Positions 60,737-64,000 of a DNA stretch of 64,000 nucleotides are shown here, piece by piece (within the stretch, counting starts at the first letter, position 1; each line of letters begins with the position of its first letter). The DNA comes from Phoronis australis (lineage: Eukaryota > Animalia > Phoronida): positions 637,362-701,361 of the forward strand of contig NMRA01000040.1 of NCBI GenBank assembly GCA_002633005.1, in the 5' to 3' direction. Below the pieces are notes generated by a model, which saw only the letters and a program-made list of their open reading frames with translations, searched no databases and had not been told where the DNA came from. The position numbers and the translations under genes were made by a program.

Positions 60737-63700
60737 GTACGTGCAATAAGTACGAACGTACGGACCATCATGTCCAACCATTTTTCTTATTTTCGAAATC
60801 AAGGTCAGCAACATGCATTTAAGTTATCAGAACGGATCAAAAGCAATAAAATACTTTTTCGCGTAATTTATTATACTATAATTTAGCCAGACATTAAATG
60901 ACAAATTATACGTCATGGCTAAAGAGTTTCCCATTTTTAAGCTTTCCAAATTAACCAGCAACTCTGCTGTTGGGCCTGAGTCGACAGATGTAACGATTTT
61001 TTTGAAAATTTAAAATGAAATGAACGAACTTGTCAAGTTGCGATACTTCAGAAGCATAATGACCCGTTTAATTTGCACAATGGAGCGATCTTAGGCATAC
61101 TCTCATTAAAAACACTAGTACACCGCTCTTTGAATAGATTCAATTCAAAACCGACACTGTAGCAAGTTTCCACGGAATGATAATTGAGATTCAAGATGTC
61201 TAGGGCAAAGCTAAGAGACGTTAAGTTCTAGTTTTATTTTTAAGAGTCATTTCATTGTCAGTTTCGCTCACTTTGCACCGCTCGCAAATCTTAGAACGAG
61301 TACCATAATTCATGTCCGTCAGCATACTCGTAAAAAGTCCATCGTAGGACGGGTCAGCGAAAACTTTTTGTGATCGTTGCCGTGTTTACTTGAAATGACT
61401 GTGGGAATTAGATGTAGATTTTCACGACGCACAAACGATGAACCTCAGGCTCCAGAGACTGTTGGACTTTGGGATCGATTGGGTTAGACCTGCGATGAAA
61501 TTCACCATTTATCCCCGAGCGAGTAAACTGTTTGCGGCTTCGAATTTCCGAGAATTTCGACTATGCATTCGGAGCCTCACTTTCCCATAACTTCGAAACA
61601 ATCAGCACTAATTGTTTACTGAAATGCTACGTAATAAAGCCCAATTTACCACATGTTTAGGCCATCAGCGTAAATCTTCAAACGACCTTCTCCTTCCCTG
61701 GCCGGGACGCTGCTTAATTGCCGTCAAATTACACTAAACATAAAACTTACAACCGGATCACTTTAAAATCGATTTTTATTAGTTTAACCAACAGCTATCT
61801 GTGAAATTCACTCTTACATATTTCATTTATTTTCGTGGAACGTTATTTACGTATATTTCGCGCAACTAACCATCAAGTTATTTTCGAGTAACATTTTAAT
61901 CCGTTTTCCTTGCCTTTTAAATAGAATATTGTAGGTTTCCTTTTATGTTTCCTATAATTCACAGCCTTCAAATAATTAAAAAGTAATAGTTATAATCTAT
62001 TTTGTGCACTGTAATTAGTTCTCTGCACCACCCAGCGTAAACTTTGACACGTTTGGATATTTGCCTTCTTTTGGTGTCTATCTGGACTAACTACATCAGG
62101 ATTTCGTTTCCAGTTGCGCAATGACACGCGTAGTGTTGACTGACGCACAGACAGTGTCAAATTGAGAACACGTCTACTTCCTGCTGGAACTTAGAAGTTA
62201 TAATTAACTCAGTGCTTAACTAAAACTCAAATAAATATAAACACCTGATTGATCCCGAATGATTTTCTATGTATTCATGGTTGCCAGGAACAAAAATCGT
62301 GGGCATGTAAGTAATTTATTAATCAGAAATCAATATGAAAACATTTCACCGCCGCAGACAATTAGAAGTCGAGGGTTTGCTATCTCCGTAAATGAAAATG
62401 CCGGAGTGCTCATTTCGAATCGTGCCTGTTAATTAAAATGGCTTTGATCATCAATATTGCATGCATTTAATAAAACAAAAGCGACTGCACAATTCGGATT
62501 AAATGCAAAGGTCATAATTATTTCATTTCTTCATTTCAAACCGAAGCCAAATCGTCTAAGTTAATCGCCGTGCGCTCTATTGTTTCGCTAGTGATGTCTT
62601 TTTAATGTGTGGGGTGAACAGAATACAAACGCACCATTTAATGCCGTTGTTTGATGTTTTTCAGTCTAATAGGCCATAGGTCATTTAGAAAGTGAACTTC
62701 GAGAAAACAAAAGCTGGCGATACTTGAACCTGTTTCTATAGTATTCGACTTTTTCGACTTTTTGTGTTCTCGAATTAGGATTAAACGTTGCCTGCCCATA
62801 TCAAAATGAGTTCGGAGTAATGTGTATTATTACGGTAAGCAAAACAAGTTTTTTGGTTGCAGCATTAAAGTGAGTTCAGTTTAATAAAATTATTATTAAG
62901 TAAATCAACCTTTCGATCCCAGAGCATTTGACTGTATTGTGACCATTTAATGTTACTCGGTAATTTGCGTTAAACAACGGAGTAATTGAAATAGCCAGAG
63001 TGTGTATTGTCTATTGTGCTGGATTTATTACGTAATTTTGGGGGGAAACAATTATTGGTTAATCCAATATGGCCCGGAAATTGTCACTTGTCATTAAACT
63101 CAGGAACCGTGGAACACGTGTTGTGGTAGCCAAATTCTCCTAAATGAGTCTCACCCTTTTCGCATACACGATCGCCACAAATTAACTCACGTCTATGTCG
63201 TGTCTGTCCGCTGCACTTGTTGCGCGAACTGAGTTAATTCTGCAAGTCTGTAATGATCTAATATACAATCCAATACACGCTGCAAATCTCGTACACAATA
63301 CTTTCTTTTACTGGAGGTATCACAATTGCACAAGGAGTTGTTTCCTGTCGAAATTGATTTTCAAATTAGGACCAGTTTCACGGAAACCTGAACTGGTTGA
63401 AGTTATAAAGTTGAGAGTAAAATTGAAGTGCTATCACATTGAAATGAAATTTTGTGCCCCTTCCAGTGTCTTATTTTCAAACACTTTCTTTTTTGCAACT
63501 GTTTACATTTCCAGGATTCTCAATGAGCAAACATTCAAACATGGTACAAATTCCGCGTCATGTTTTAGTGTCATAGTTTCCTTCCTGTTAATTCGCAAAA
63601 CAACTATTGCTTACATATTATTTACCTATTATTTGCCTATTCGGCAATAGTCTGATGTAAAGTGCCCGTATTTTGATAGCCAGTTTGATGCCCGCTATTC

Positions 63701-64000
63701 AGTGGAGAAAACTGGTTCTCAAAATTCAAGCACGTTATTACAGACCATTACCGAAAAAAGTCTTTCAATCATGGCTTGAAATTTTAAACATGGCTCCAGG
63801 CTTTTCAAACATGGCTCTCGAGATTTTCAAACACATGTATGGAGAAATGTGATTTTTGCATGTCACGTGACGCCAGAGATAGCCAAAATGTGTGGTCCCC
63901 TTGTAGACAGGTCTGCATCGGAAAATAAGTATATTTTTGTTGTCAATCACTCGGTGTTTTTCATTTCTCGGACCAACTTAAACTTCTAAAGCATAACTCG

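Noticed and set aside
59871-60886. Alternative-frame and antisense ORFs over Zic, and the Zic ORF extension to 60822
   Set aside because: Shadows of Zic exon 1; sequence after 60736 is the conserved intron.
63195-63650. 151-aa ORF in the Zic intron
   Set aside because: No ZF4/ZF5 or other recognisable motif, low-information composition, and it overlaps a TIR-like fragment near 63368.

Overview
Intron-rich, AT-rich nuclear DNA from an animal, most likely an invertebrate bilaterian (inferred from the Zic gene and intron structure). I reconstructed four protein-coding genes by hand from splice sites and reading phase. (1) The 3' part of coronin-7 (CORO7, +, 19 exons in the window, 380-17958). 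(2) A complete 3-exon VMA21 (-, 22143-25900). (3) A complete 7-exon COMMD5 (+, 26131-30866), head-to-head with VMA21 with only 230 bp between the ATGs. (4) After a ~29-kb gene-free stretch, exon 1 of a Zic zinc-finger gene (+, 59773-60736). Most ORFs in the supplied track are spurious. Two mobile-DNA structures stand out. The first is a very young Penelope-like insertion in a CORO7 intron: an intact ATG-initiated GIY-YIG endonuclease ORF with no RT, 99-bp perfect inverted repeats each carrying a hammerhead ribozyme, a 27-bp tail and a 12-bp TSD. The second is a pair of ~150-bp tRNA-containing solo LTRs (TG...CA ends and an exact 4-bp TSD in the better-preserved copy, Pol III A/B boxes; Helenus-type TRIM) lying mirror-symmetrically in the first introns of VMA21 and COMMD5, both pointing at the shared promoter. 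There are also many MITEs, minisatellites and a strong CTCF-like site at the edge of the Zic gene desert. All analysis was by eye; no searches were run.
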